A stretch of 64,000 nucleotides of DNA from an uncultured bacterium (lineage in GTDB: Bacteria > CAYJRR01). Both the position numbers and the translations under genes were made by a program. A model generated the notes under the pieces. It was not told the DNA's origin, made no database searches, and was given only the letters and a program-made list of their open reading frames with translations. The stretch is taken from the NCBI GenBank assembly GCA_964372275.1, contig CAYJRR010000003.1, positions 12,638 through 76,637 of the forward strand, read 5' to 3'. Positions 35,584-45,087 of this stretch are shown piece after piece. Position 1 is the first letter of the stretch, and every line of letters starts with the position of its first letter.

Positions 35584-37032
35584 GTGCGGAACACGAAGAT
35601 CGTGGCCACGGTGGGGCCCGCCTCGGAATCGCCGGAGATCCTGTCGCGGCTGATCGAGGCCGGCGTCGACGTCTTCCGGCTCAACTTCTCGCACGGCACG
35701 CACGAGCGCCACGCCGAGGTCTTCCACCGCATCCGCCAACTCGCGGAGCGGGACGGGCGGCCGATCGCGATCCTGCAGGACCTGCAAGGTCCCAAGATCC
35801 GGCTCGGGCGCTTCGCCGGGGGTTCGGTGGAGGTGAGGACCGGCCAGCGCTTCATCCTCACCGCGCGACGGATCCTCGGGGGTCCGGGGATCGCCTCGAC
35901 CGACTTCCGCCGCCTGCCGAAGGAGGTGGAGGAGGGGGATCGGATCCTGATCGACGACGGCCTGGTCGTGCTGCGGGTCCGGGACGTGCGCGCGGCCGAC
36001 GTCCATTGCGAGGTGATCTCCGGCGGCGTCGTCTCCGACCGCAAGGGGTTGAACCTTCCGGGGGCCGCGCTCTCGGTCCAGCCGATGACCGCCAAGGACC
36101 GCGCCGATCTCGCCTTCGGCGTGAAGCTCGGGGTCGACTACGTCGCGCTGTCGTTCGTGCGGTCGGCCGCCGACGTGCGGCTGTGCAAGCGGCTGATCGC
36201 GAAGCACGGCGGCACGCAGGGGGTGATCGCCAAGCTCGAGAAGCCGCAGGCGCTCGACGACCTCGGGAACATCCTCGACGAGTCCGGCGGGGTGATGGTC
36301 GCGCGCGGCGATCTCGGCGTGGAGATGGATCCGGAGCGGGTGCCGCTCGCCCAGAAGAGGATCATCCACGAAGCGAATCGGCGGAAGGTGCCGGTGATCA
36401 CCGCCACGCAGATGATGGAGTCGATGCGGGAGAACCCGGTGCCGACCCGCGCCGAGGCGAGCGACGTCGCCAACGCCATCTTCGACGGCACCGACGCGGT
36501 GATGCTCTCCGGCGAGACGGCGGCCGGCCGATACCCGGTGGAGTCGGTGCGGATGATGGTGCGCATCATCCAGGCGGCCGAGGCCGGGGACCTCGACGGC
36601 GAACAGGCGATGTGGCAGCAGCCGGCGGGGGCGGCGCCGATCGACACCGAGGACGCGATCGGCCGCGCCGCCGCGGCGACGGTCAAGTACGTCGGCGCCA
36701 AGGCGGTGGTCGTCTTCACCCGCTCGGGGCGGTCGGCGCTCAAGATCTCGAAGTACCGGCCCGACGCCTCGATCGTCGCCTTCACCCCGGCGGAGGTGCC
36801 GCAGCGGCGGATGGCGCTCTATCGCGGCGTCGTGCCCCGCCTGCTGGTGGAGGTCGACACCATCGACGAGATGATCCGCGAGGTCGACCGCGCGCTCACG
36901 CGGTTGAGCCTGGCCAAGCCGGGCGATCCGGTGCTCCTCCTCTGCGGCGCGCCGATGCAGGTCCACCCGCCGTCGAACACCATGCTGATCCACACGCTGG
37001 GGACGATCGACGAGCCGGTACGGATCGCCTAG
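35584..37032 (+). CDS. pyk: Pyruvate kinase
   Basis: GTG start gives [14 protein letters not shown]. Motifs [10 protein letters not shown] and the FxxKxD region are present. The ORF-track entry extends upstream through an artefact. Confidence 0.8.
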   Translation: MRNTKIVATVGPASESPEILSRLIEAGVDVFRLNFSHGTHERHAEVFHRIRQLAERDGRPIAILQDLQGPKIRLGRFAGGSVEVRTGQRFILTARRILGGPGIASTDFRRLPKEVEEGDRILIDDGLVVLRVRDVRAADVHCEVISGGVVSDRKGLNLPGAALSVQPMTAKDRADLAFGVKLGVDYVALSFVRSAADVRLCKRLIAKHGGTQGVIAKLEKPQALDDLGNILDESGGVMVARGDLGVEMDPERVPLAQKRIIHEANRRKVPVITATQMMESMRENPVPTRAEASDVANAIFDGTDAVMLSGETAAGRYPVESVRMMVRIIQAAEAGDLDGEQAMWQQPAGAAPIDTEDAIGRAAAATVKYVGAKAVVVFTRSGRSALKISKYRPDASIVAFTPAEVPQRRMALYRGVVPRLLVEVDTIDEMIREVDRALTRLSLAKPGDPVLLLCGAPMQVHPPSNTMLIHTLGTIDEPVRIA

Positions 37033-38213
37033 AAGACGACCGTCGGACCGACGTTGATCTGGACGTTGCCGCGAGGGGTCGTCTCGTTGTCGATCAGCTC
37101 GAAGATCAGGCGCCCGCGGACCTCGGTCGAAAGCGTCAGCCAGCGGGTGACGTAGAGGCGGTGTCCGAGGCCGAGGACGCCGTAGCCGAAGTTCGCGCCG
37201 TCGATGTAGAGCGGCGCGTCGCACGGCTGCGGACCCTGCGGCTTGCAGATCTCCAGGTCGACGTTGACCACGCCGCCGCCGCCGCGCAGGTAGAGGTCGT
37301 TGCGGCCGGCCACCTGTCCGGTGATGCGGTCGATCGCCGAGAGCAGGTTGGCCTCGACGAAGGCGCCGGCCATCACGTTGTAGGAGGTGATCACCTGCGG
37401 AACGGTCCCCGCCTCGCGCAGCGAAACCAGGAGGTCGGTCTCGGCGTGCTGGGCCCCCAACGCTTCGACGTGGATCCCCCAGGTGCGGCCGAAACGCTGG
37501 GTGGCGGTCATGCCGGCGAGGAGGTGGCGGACGTAGGTCTCCTCCGGAGTGAAGCCGACGACGCCGGCCACTTCGGTGTGCGTCGGCTTACCCACCCCGG
37601 CGGCGCGCGCCGGTGGCCGCTCGCGCGGGGGACGGGACGGCCCCCCGAGCGCGTCGGGGCCGCGCGCGGACTCCCCGCCCGGCGCGGCGCGGGATCCGGC
37701 CTCGGCGGTGGCCAGGCGTTCGCGCGCCGTCGGTCCCGTGCCGCGATCCGGAGCCGAGACGAACGGCGACGGACGGACGGGCGGTGCGATCCTCGGCGCC
37801 AGCGGAGTGGCGACGGCCGGCGTGGGGCCCGGGCGTGGCGTCGCCGATGCAGCGGGCGACGTCCGCGTCGGCGGCGCCGCGCTTTCGCCGAGGATCCGGT
37901 CGAGCTCTTCGTCGGTCGTCACGCCGTCGGAGGAGCCGAGCCCGACCGCCGGAGCGGGGGTCGCGGCCGGCCGTTCGCCCCGGAGCTCGGCCAGGATCTC
38001 GCGGACCTTCGGGCCGAAGCTCGACCCGGGGTACTTCTGCAGGAAGGCCTCCCAGGCCTGCACCTGCTCTCCGGGGCTGAAGTCGGCGACGATCTGCTCG
38101 AACTCGCGGAAGGTCTGCTCGTCCTGGGCGCGGGTCGACTGGGCGACACGCACCGGCTCGGCCGCCGCGAGGCGGGCGGCGAGGAGGAGGCAGAGCGGCA
38201 ACGTCCGACGCAT
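37029..38213 (-). CDS. Secreted protein (signal peptide, Pro/Ala-rich linker, C-terminal beta-rich domain), hypothetical
   Basis: MRRTLPLCLLLAARLAAAEP. The C-terminal 170 aa are globular. Convergent with pyk, overlapping it by 4 nt. Confidence 0.5.
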   Translation of the reverse strand: MRRTLPLCLLLAARLAAAEPVRVAQSTRAQDEQTFREFEQIVADFSPGEQVQAWEAFLQKYPGSSFGPKVREILAELRGERPAATPAPAVGLGSSDGVTTDEELDRILGESAAPPTRTSPAASATPRPGPTPAVATPLAPRIAPPVRPSPFVSAPDRGTGPTARERLATAEAGSRAAPGGESARGPDALGGPSRPPRERPPARAAGVGKPTHTEVAGVVGFTPEETYVRHLLAGMTATQRFGRTWGIHVEALGAQHAETDLLVSLREAGTVPQVITSYNVMAGAFVEANLLSAIDRITGQVAGRNDLYLRGGGGVVNVDLEICKPQGPQPCDAPLYIDGANFGYGVLGLGHRLYVTRWLTLSTEVRGRLIFELIDNETTPRGNVQINVGPTVVF

Positions 38214-38330
38214 TCGACCTCCCTGCTTTCGAGCGGTCGCCCCGACCTCGCTAGGGTACAAGTCCGCCGCCGCCAACGTCAATCGGGGCGCGCCTTGCCG
38301 GGGCAAGGGCGGCGCGTGTTGAATCGGCGG

Positions 38331-39158
38331 ATGGCGGGGTACACGCGACCGGTCTTCCATGGAGCGGGGCTGTACGTGGAGACGTCGCAGGGCGATCCCG
38401 CCGCATGGCCGGCGCTTGCCGAAACGTGCGGCATCGACCCCTACCGGGCGCGGATCCTGCTGGACTCCGGTACCCCTCACCTGTTGGTGGGGATCGCCAC
38501 CACGGAAGAGGCCGAGTCCAAGGCGCAGGCGCTGCGGAAGGCGGGGGTGCACGCCTCCGCCCACGAGGCGGCGGCGATCGACGCGCTTCCGGAGGCGGTC
38601 GAGGCCTCGGGATTCGCCTTCGAGGCGGCGCGACTTCGTTTCGTCTCCGACGCCCCGAGGGGGGGCTCGGCCTCCGGCGCCTGTTTCCACGCGGGGGATC
38701 CCGGGCTCGGGGAGGCGGTCGCGTTGTGCCACGTCGAGACCCCGATCGTGGCGCGGCTCCTGGATTCGGAGCAGGAACGGCGCTACCTGCGTCTGGAGCT
38801 GTGGGGGATCGACGCCGCCTCCCGACCGGTGCGCGTCGCCGTCCGGCAGGACGCGTTCGACTATTCGGGGCTCGGTGCCGACAAGACGCTGTCCGCGCCG
38901 CGCAACTTCCAGACGCTGCGCGCCCGGCTCCGGTCGTTCGCGCCGGCGGCGGCGTTCGACGACGCCTTTCCCCGCACCGATCTGGCGCGCAACCGCTTCG
39001 CGCCGGACACCTGGATCGAGGTCGACCTCGCCACCGGGCAGGCCAAGTCGATCCCTTCGCGGAGCAACCGGCTCGCCTACGAGTACTACGCGCGCCTGCG
39101 CTTCCTCCACGCCCTGCGGCGGCGCGCGCAGGGGGCGCACTTCCTCGAGCTCTCTTGA
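38331..39158 (+). CDS. Hypothetical protein (275 aa)
   Basis: High GC3 in this frame. No recognisable domain. It is the first gene of the glycan cluster. Confidence 0.45.
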   Translation: MAGYTRPVFHGAGLYVETSQGDPAAWPALAETCGIDPYRARILLDSGTPHLLVGIATTEEAESKAQALRKAGVHASAHEAAAIDALPEAVEASGFAFEAARLRFVSDAPRGGSASGACFHAGDPGLGEAVALCHVETPIVARLLDSEQERRYLRLELWGIDAASRPVRVAVRQDAFDYSGLGADKTLSAPRNFQTLRARLRSFAPAAAFDDAFPRTDLARNRFAPDTWIEVDLATGQAKSIPSRSNRLAYEYYARLRFLHALRRRAQGAHFLELS

Positions 39159-39191
39159 CGCGTCCGGCGCCCGCCGCACCTACAGGGTGCC

Positions 39192-40226
39192 ATGCGCATC
39201 GCGGTCGTATCGCCCCTGTTCGAAAGCGTTCCGCCGCGTCGCTACGGAGGGACGGAACGCGTCGTCCATTGGCTGACCGAGGCGCTGGTGCGGCGCGGCC
39301 ACCGCGTGACGCTCTACGCCTCCGGAGACTCGCGTACCGACGCCGGGTTGGTGGCCGGCTGGCCACGCGCCTTGCGGGGGGGCGGTTGCGAGGTCGACGC
39401 GGCGGCGCTACACACCGGCATGCTGCTCCGCGCCCTCGGGAGCCGCGTCGACGTCGTCCATTCCCACGTCGAGTGGCCGGGGATGCTCCTGGCGGGGCGG
39501 GGCGGACCGCCGTTGGTGACGACCCTGCACGGTCGCCTCGACATCCCCGAGTTCCTGGAGATCGCCCGTCGCTGCCCGGAGGCGCCGCTGGTCTCGATCA
39601 GCGACCGCCAACGGGAGCCACTCCCGGAAGCTCGGTGGGTCGCCACCGTCCACCACGGGATTCCACTCGAGGAGCGCCCGTTCTACGCCGATCCCGACGA
39701 CTACCTCGCCTTCGTCGGGCGCGTCTCGCCCGAGAAGGGGCCCGACGTCGCCATCCGCGTGGCGCGCGCGGCCGGTCGCACGCTCCGGATCGCCGCCAAG
39801 GTCAACGGAAGCGCCGGCGATCGACGGTACTGGGAGGCGACGATCCGCCCGATGATCGCCGCGGGGGAGGGGGTCCGGTTCGAGGGGGAGATCGGCGAAG
39901 GGGAGAAGGCGGCATTCATGGGACGGGCCCGCGCGCTGCTGTTCCCGATCGACTGGCCCGAGCCGTTCGGCCTGGTGGCGATCGAGGCGTTGAGCTATGG
40001 GACCCCGGTGATCGCCAGACCGCGTGGAGCGCTGCCGGAGATCGTGGTGGACGGGGAGACCGGGTTCCTGGTCGAGACCGAGGCGGAGATGATCGAGGCG
40101 GTCCGCGACGTGGGACGGATCGACCGCGGGCGGTGCCGGGAGTCGGTCCTCCGCCGGTTCTCGCGGGAGCGGATGGTCGACGACTACGAAGCGGTGTATC
40201 GCGCGCTCGCGGGCAGGCGACCGTGA
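39192..40226 (+). CDS. Glycosyltransferase family 4 (GT-B, group 1)
   Basis: EPFGLVAIEALSYGTPVIA E-X7-E motif. Typical N-terminal MRIAVVSP...GGTE. Confidence 0.65.
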   Translation: MRIAVVSPLFESVPPRRYGGTERVVHWLTEALVRRGHRVTLYASGDSRTDAGLVAGWPRALRGGGCEVDAAALHTGMLLRALGSRVDVVHSHVEWPGMLLAGRGGPPLVTTLHGRLDIPEFLEIARRCPEAPLVSISDRQREPLPEARWVATVHHGIPLEERPFYADPDDYLAFVGRVSPEKGPDVAIRVARAAGRTLRIAAKVNGSAGDRRYWEATIRPMIAAGEGVRFEGEIGEGEKAAFMGRARALLFPIDWPEPFGLVAIEALSYGTPVIARPRGALPEIVVDGETGFLVETEAEMIEAVRDVGRIDRGRCRESVLRRFSRERMVDDYEAVYRALAGRRP

Positions 40227-42427
40227 AACGGTCCGCCCGTTCGGGCTCCCCCGGGGAACTCCCCGAACCCCTGATGCCGGTTCCGGAGCCCGAGGATCCG
40301 TATTCGATCCGCGCGTCGATTCCGGCGCTGATCCACCAGCGCGTCTCGATCAAGCACGGCGACGCGTTCGTCGTCGCCGACCGGCGGGGCGATCTGCCGG
40401 CCGGTGGCGGTGAGACCGGGTTCTATCGCGCGGGGACCCGGCACCTGTCGGCGCTGGAGCTGCGCGTCGACGGAAAGAAGCCGGTCCTCCTCTCCTCGTC
40501 GCTGTCCGACGACGACGTCCTGTTGATGTCGATGGCGACCAACCCCGACGCGGGGAGCGATGGGCTCCCGACCCACTCGCTGTTGTTCGCGCGCGAGCTG
40601 ACGTTGAAGGATGGGCGGCTCTTCGAGCGGATCGAGGTCCGGAGCTTCCACGGCGCCGAGATCGCCCTTCCGGTCGAGCTCCACTTCGCCGCCGACTTCC
40701 GCGACGTGTTCGAGGTGCGCGGCTACCGCCGCCCGGCCCGCGGGGAGCTGCTCCCGCCGGCGACGCAGGATCGCTCGATGGCGACCCTCACCTACGCCGG
40801 ACTCGACGGCGTGGTGCGACGGACGGCGGTCGTGTTCGACCCCGTTCCCGACGTCCTGGAGCCGCTCGTGGCCCGGTTCCGCCTCGTCCTGGCGCCGGGA
40901 AGTTCGAAGACGATCGAGGTCGCGGCCTCGGCCGGTCCGGCCGCGACTTCCGATCCGCCGGCCGTGGGGACGCGCGCCGCCGCGGCGCGTCTCCGCTCTG
41001 AGCACGCGGCGTGGGATCGCGGCGTCACCCGCGTCTTCACCTCGAACGAGACCCTCAACGCGCTCCTCGAGCGGGCCTCCGCCGACCTCCGGCTGATGTG
41101 CACCCGGACGCCCGAGGGGCTGGTCCCCTACGCCGGGATCCCGTGGTACGTCTGCCCCTTCGGCCGCGACGCGATCTGGACGTCGCTGATGGCGTTGAGC
41201 CTCCAGCCGAAGATCGCGGCCGGGACGCTCCGCTACTTGGCGCGGCGGCAGTCGTCCCGATTCGACGACTTCACCGACGCGGAGCCGGGAAAGATCCTGC
41301 ACGAGGAACGGTGCGGGGAGATGGCGAACCTGCGGGAGATCCCGTTCGTCCCCTACTACGGATCGGTCGACGCCACTCCGCTGTTCGTCGTCCTGCTGGA
41401 GCGGTACCTGCGGTGGACGGGCGATGGCGATCTCGCCGGGGAGCTATGGCCGGCGGCGAAGGACGCGATTGCGTGGGTCCTCGGGCCCGGCGATCCGGAC
41501 GCGGACGGCTTCGTGGAGTACCGGCGCCGATCGCCGATCGGCCTCACCAACCACGGGTGGAAGGATTCACACGACTCGGTTTTCCACGCCGACGGCCGTC
41601 TGGCGGAAGGACCGATCGCCCTGGTGGAGGCGCAGGCCTATGCCTACGCCGCCCTGTCGTCGGGGAGCTCGCTCGCCCGGTTGCGCGGAGACGCGGCGTT
41701 CGCCGACGAACTCGCGGAGCGCGCGCGCGCCCTCCGCGATCGGTTCGAGCGGTCGTTCTGGAGCGAGGCGCGCGGCACCTACGCGCTGGCGCTGGACGGC
41801 GAGAAGCGCCGTTGCGAGGTGGTGACCTCCAATCCCGGACACGCACTCTGGGCGGGGATCGCCGATCCGGCGCGGGCCGCGCGGGTGGCCGAGAGGCTTC
41901 TCACGCCGCGCGCCTTCTCGGGATGGGGGGTGCGTACCGTCGCCGAAGAGGAGGCCCGCTACAACCCGATGAGCTACCACAACGGCTCGGTCTGGCCGCA
42001 CGACAACGCCATCCTCACCGGCGGGCTGAAAGCGTACGGAATGCGCGAGGCGGCGGCGCGGGTCGCGGCGTCGGTGCTCGACGCGGCCCAGACGTTCGAC
42101 GACCGGCGGGTCCCGGAGCTGTACTGCGGCTTCGCCCGCACGCCGCGCCACGACCCGACGCCGTATCCGGTCGCCTGCCGACCGCAGGCCTGGTCGGCGG
42201 CGACGCTGTTCAGCCTGGTCCAGACGCTCCTTGGACTTTCCGTCGACGGTCTGGGGGAGCGGGCCGTCTTCGTCTCCCCCTCCTTGCCGCCGTGGATCGA
42301 ATGGATCGAGGTGACGCACCTCGCCGTCGGGTCGAAGCGCGCCGACGTCCGCCTGCAGCGCACGCGCCGCGGCGGCGCGGTGGTGACGCGCACCGGCGGC
42401 GAAGCGAAGGTCGTCGTCCAGAAGTGA
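40223..42427 (+). CDS. Amylo-alpha-1,6-glucosidase-family protein (GDE-like six-hairpin glycosidase with bacterial-type N-terminal domain)
   Basis: GTGA overlap with the GT4 stop. Conserved GIPWYVCPFGRD, LTNHGWKDSHDS and NGSVWPHDN regions of the GDE C-terminal fold. Confidence 0.65.
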   Translation: MKRSARSGSPGELPEPLMPVPEPEDPYSIRASIPALIHQRVSIKHGDAFVVADRRGDLPAGGGETGFYRAGTRHLSALELRVDGKKPVLLSSSLSDDDVLLMSMATNPDAGSDGLPTHSLLFARELTLKDGRLFERIEVRSFHGAEIALPVELHFAADFRDVFEVRGYRRPARGELLPPATQDRSMATLTYAGLDGVVRRTAVVFDPVPDVLEPLVARFRLVLAPGSSKTIEVAASAGPAATSDPPAVGTRAAAARLRSEHAAWDRGVTRVFTSNETLNALLERASADLRLMCTRTPEGLVPYAGIPWYVCPFGRDAIWTSLMALSLQPKIAAGTLRYLARRQSSRFDDFTDAEPGKILHEERCGEMANLREIPFVPYYGSVDATPLFVVLLERYLRWTGDGDLAGELWPAAKDAIAWVLGPGDPDADGFVEYRRRSPIGLTNHGWKDSHDSVFHADGRLAEGPIALVEAQAYAYAALSSGSSLARLRGDAAFADELAERARALRDRFERSFWSEARGTYALALDGEKRRCEVVTSNPGHALWAGIADPARAARVAERLLTPRAFSGWGVRTVAEEEARYNPMSYHNGSVWPHDNAILTGGLKAYGMREAAARVAASVLDAAQTFDDRRVPELYCGFARTPRHDPTPYPVACRPQAWSAATLFSLVQTLLGLSVDGLGERAVFVSPSLPPWIEWIEVTHLAVGSKRADVRLQRTRRGGAVVTRTGGEAKVVVQK

Positions 42428-42450
42428 CGTGTGCTATCGATCGCGTGCCG

Positions 42451-43173
42451 ATGACCTCCTTCGTCGTGTTCGCCAAGGAACCGATCCCCGGACAGGTGAA
42501 GACCCGGCTCACGCCACCGCTTCCACCGGCGGTCGCGGCCGCGCTCTACGGCGCGTTCGTGGAGGACGTCGCCGCCGCGGTGGTCTCCGCGGCGCGGGAG
42601 GGCGATCGCCGCGTGCTCGCCGCGCCGGACGGCCCGGGTCCGGTTCTCCAGGCGATCGCCGGGCGACATGGCTTCGAGGCGGCGGCCCAGGTCGGAGCCG
42701 ATCTCGGAGCGCGCATGTCGAATGCGCTCCGCGCGGAGCTTCGACGCGGATCGGATCGGGTGGTGCTGGTCGGGAGCGACAGCCCGTCGATCCTGCCGGC
42801 GATGCTGCGCCAGGCGGTTGCGGCCCTGGACGACGGCGTCGACGCGGTCCTCGGACCGGCCGGTGACGGCGGGTACTGGCTCGTCGGTTGCGCCCGCTCG
42901 GTGCCCGATCTCTTCCAGGGGATCCCGTGGAGCACCCGGGACGTCCTCGCGACCACCCTCGATCGGGCGAAGGAGCGGGGAATCTCGATTTCGCTGTTGC
43001 CGTTCTGGTACGACGTCGACGACGTCGCCGACCTCCGCATGCTGCACGCGCACCTCGAATGGTCGTCGCAGGCCGGGCGATCGACGGCGCCCTGCACGAC
43101 GGCCGCCCTCGCCGAATTCCGCCGTGCAAATTCGGCGTTTTTCCTTGCCTCTCGCGGGGAGAGCACGCGATAA
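42451..43173 (+). CDS. DUF2064 / TIGR04282-family nucleotidyltransferase-fold 'glycosyltransferase'
   Basis: N-terminus MTSFVVFAKEPIPGQVKTRLTPPL is characteristic. An alternative GTG at 42424 overlaps the upstream stop. Confidence 0.55.
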   Translation: MTSFVVFAKEPIPGQVKTRLTPPLPPAVAAALYGAFVEDVAAAVVSAAREGDRRVLAAPDGPGPVLQAIAGRHGFEAAAQVGADLGARMSNALRAELRRGSDRVVLVGSDSPSILPAMLRQAVAALDDGVDAVLGPAGDGGYWLVGCARSVPDLFQGIPWSTRDVLATTLDRAKERGISISLLPFWYDVDDVADLRMLHAHLEWSSQAGRSTAPCTTAALAEFRRANSAFFLASRGESTR

Positions 43174-43180
43174 CGAAATC

Positions 43181-43678
43181 ATGTGGCGCACCTTCAAGGT
43201 GATCGTCTGGACGGCGGTGGTCGTCTGTAGCGCCGTCTTCGGGGCACGGTTCCTGAACGCGAACCAGGGGTTGGTCAACGTCCAGTTCCCGATGCTCGAC
43301 CGCCAGTCGGGGGAGACGACGCTGGGGTTGGCGTTGCTCTCCGCGGCCGCGGCGGGCCTCGGAGCCGGTCTCCTGATCCTGCTGGTGATCTCCTTCGGGC
43401 TGACGCTGCACGCCGCCAGCCTCAAGCGCGATCTGAAGCGGCTGAAGCGGCAGATCCACAAGCTCGAGCTTCGCGACCTCCCCGAGGAGCCGTTCGACAA
43501 GAACGCCCGGATCGAGGAGGAGGAGGAGGATCGCGACGCGCTCGAGCGGGCGCGCGCCATCGACGTCGTTCCGACCGGACCGGTGCGCGGCGGAAGCACC
43601 GCCGCGCCGATCGGCGGCGAGGACGACGAAGAGGACGAGGCGCCGATCTTCGGTCGGAAGCTCGACCTCCCGCGGTAG
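43181..43678 (+). CDS. lapA: LapA-like (DUF1049) lipopolysaccharide-assembly membrane protein
   Basis: Two TM segments flanking GARFLNANQGLVNVQF, with an acidic C-terminal tail. Confidence 0.55.
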   Translation: MWRTFKVIVWTAVVVCSAVFGARFLNANQGLVNVQFPMLDRQSGETTLGLALLSAAAAGLGAGLLILLVISFGLTLHAASLKRDLKRLKRQIHKLELRDLPEEPFDKNARIEEEEEDRDALERARAIDVVPTGPVRGGSTAAPIGGEDDEEDEAPIFGRKLDLPR

Positions 43679-43684
43679 GTCCCC

Positions 43685-44968
43685 ATGCTGGAGCTGCTTC
43701 TCCACGTCTTCCTGGTACTGGTCGGCGCCGCCCTCGGCGGGCTGGGCAGCTACTTCCTCGCGCGCCACGGCTGGTGGGTTCCGGCCTCGCCGGACCGCGA
43801 TCCGTACTTGAGCGCGCTGACCGCGCTGCTCGACGAGAAGCCGGAGAAGGCGGCCGACATCCTGGTGATGACGGCGCGGCTGAACACCGGCGATCCGGGT
43901 CTCTACCAGGCGCTGGCGGGGCTGCTCCGCCGGATGGGGGAGTTCGGCCGCGCCACGCGCCTCGACCGGATGGTCGCGGTCCGCGAGGACCTGCGGACGG
44001 CGCAGCGCGCCGAGGTTCTCTACCACCTGGCGCTCGACTATCGAGGAGCCGGGCGGCTCCGGCAGGCGCTGGAGAACCTGGAAGAGGCGTTCCGGTTGAA
44101 TCCGCGCGAGGCGCGGACGGGGGCGCTGCTGGTGGAGCTCTACCAGCAGGCCGGGGACGAAGAGCGCGCCTACGAGGTGCTGCTCAAGGTCGGCGCCAAG
44201 GACGACGCGGCGGTGGGCCTGAGGCTGGCGGAGCTGCAGGTCGAGATCGGGCGGCGCCGGATGGCCGCCGACGACCTGAAAGGGGCGCGCAAGCACTTCC
44301 GCCGCGCCGTCGAACATTCACCCAAGGGGTACGCCGCGCGCCTGCACCTCGGGGACGCCTACCTCCGGAGCGGCGAGCACGACAAGGCGCTGGCCGCGTG
44401 GGTGGAGATCCTCGAAGACCGGCCGGAGCTGTTCGGCGCGCTCTATCCGCGGTTCGAGGACGCCTTCTTTTCCAAAGGGGAGTTCGACGAGCTGGGGGGG
44501 TTCATCCGCGACTACCTCTCCGCCTACCGCGATTCGCCGCGGGCGATGCTGATCCTTGCCCGCCACCTGGCGAAGAAGCGCCGCATCGACGAGGCGATCC
44601 GCGAGCTCAAGTCGGCGTTGGCGATCGATCCGGGTTTCGTCGAGGCGCACCGCGAGCTCGGACTGCAGCTCCTCGATCGCGGCACCACCGACGAGATCGC
44701 GGACGCCTACCGGGAGTTCCTGGACCATCTGCCGTCGCTCGTTCCCGCCTACAAGTGCCGGCGCTGCCAGAGCCCGGCCGAGTCGTTCTTCTGGCGCTGC
44801 CCCTCCTGCGCGGCGTTCGAGACGGCGACGCCGACCCGCGCGACCGAGCGCGCGGTGCCGGCGCCGGAACCGGCGCGGCCGGTCGGGTTCCCGGCGAGGC
44901 CGCTGGAGGTCGTGGCGAGCGCGGATGGAGGGCGGGTCCGGAAGGGCGCCGCCAAAAAGCCGGCGTGA
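43685..44968 (+). CDS. lapB: LapB/YciM-like TPR protein with C-terminal rubredoxin-type zinc finger
   Basis: N-terminal TM segment, several TPR repeats, and C-terminal CRRCQS...CPSC. Confidence 0.7.
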   Translation: MLELLLHVFLVLVGAALGGLGSYFLARHGWWVPASPDRDPYLSALTALLDEKPEKAADILVMTARLNTGDPGLYQALAGLLRRMGEFGRATRLDRMVAVREDLRTAQRAEVLYHLALDYRGAGRLRQALENLEEAFRLNPREARTGALLVELYQQAGDEERAYEVLLKVGAKDDAAVGLRLAELQVEIGRRRMAADDLKGARKHFRRAVEHSPKGYAARLHLGDAYLRSGEHDKALAAWVEILEDRPELFGALYPRFEDAFFSKGEFDELGGFIRDYLSAYRDSPRAMLILARHLAKKRRIDEAIRELKSALAIDPGFVEAHRELGLQLLDRGTTDEIADAYREFLDHLPSLVPAYKCRRCQSPAESFFWRCPSCAAFETATPTRATERAVPAPEPARPVGFPARPLEVVASADGGRVRKGAAKKPA

Positions 44969-44987
44969 CGCGCAGCAATCAGAAGGC

Positions 44988-45080
44988 GGAAAATGGAAAA
45001 TTCAAAATGGAAAACCGGCAAGCCGGTCAATGTTTCTGATTGGCCGGTTAACCGGTTTTCCATTTTGAAGTTTCCATTTT
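44988..45080. repeat. MITE/REP-like palindromic element A, built from inverted AAAATGG heptad arrays around a CCGG-containing core
   Basis: GGAAAATGGAAAATTCAAAATGGAAAACCGGcaagCCGGTCAATGtttctgATTGGCCGGttaaCCGGTTTTCCATTTTGAAGTTTCCATTTTC. About 45% GC in a genome of about 72% GC. A homologous copy sits at 61141..61243. Confidence 0.55.
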
Positions 45081-45087
45081 CGGTCGC

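Noticed and set aside
36006-39158. 1050-aa plus-strand ORF overlapping pyk and the secreted protein
   Set aside because: Only its last 275 codons (from ATG 38331) look coding. The upstream part is RG/RD-rich and overlaps two well-supported genes.
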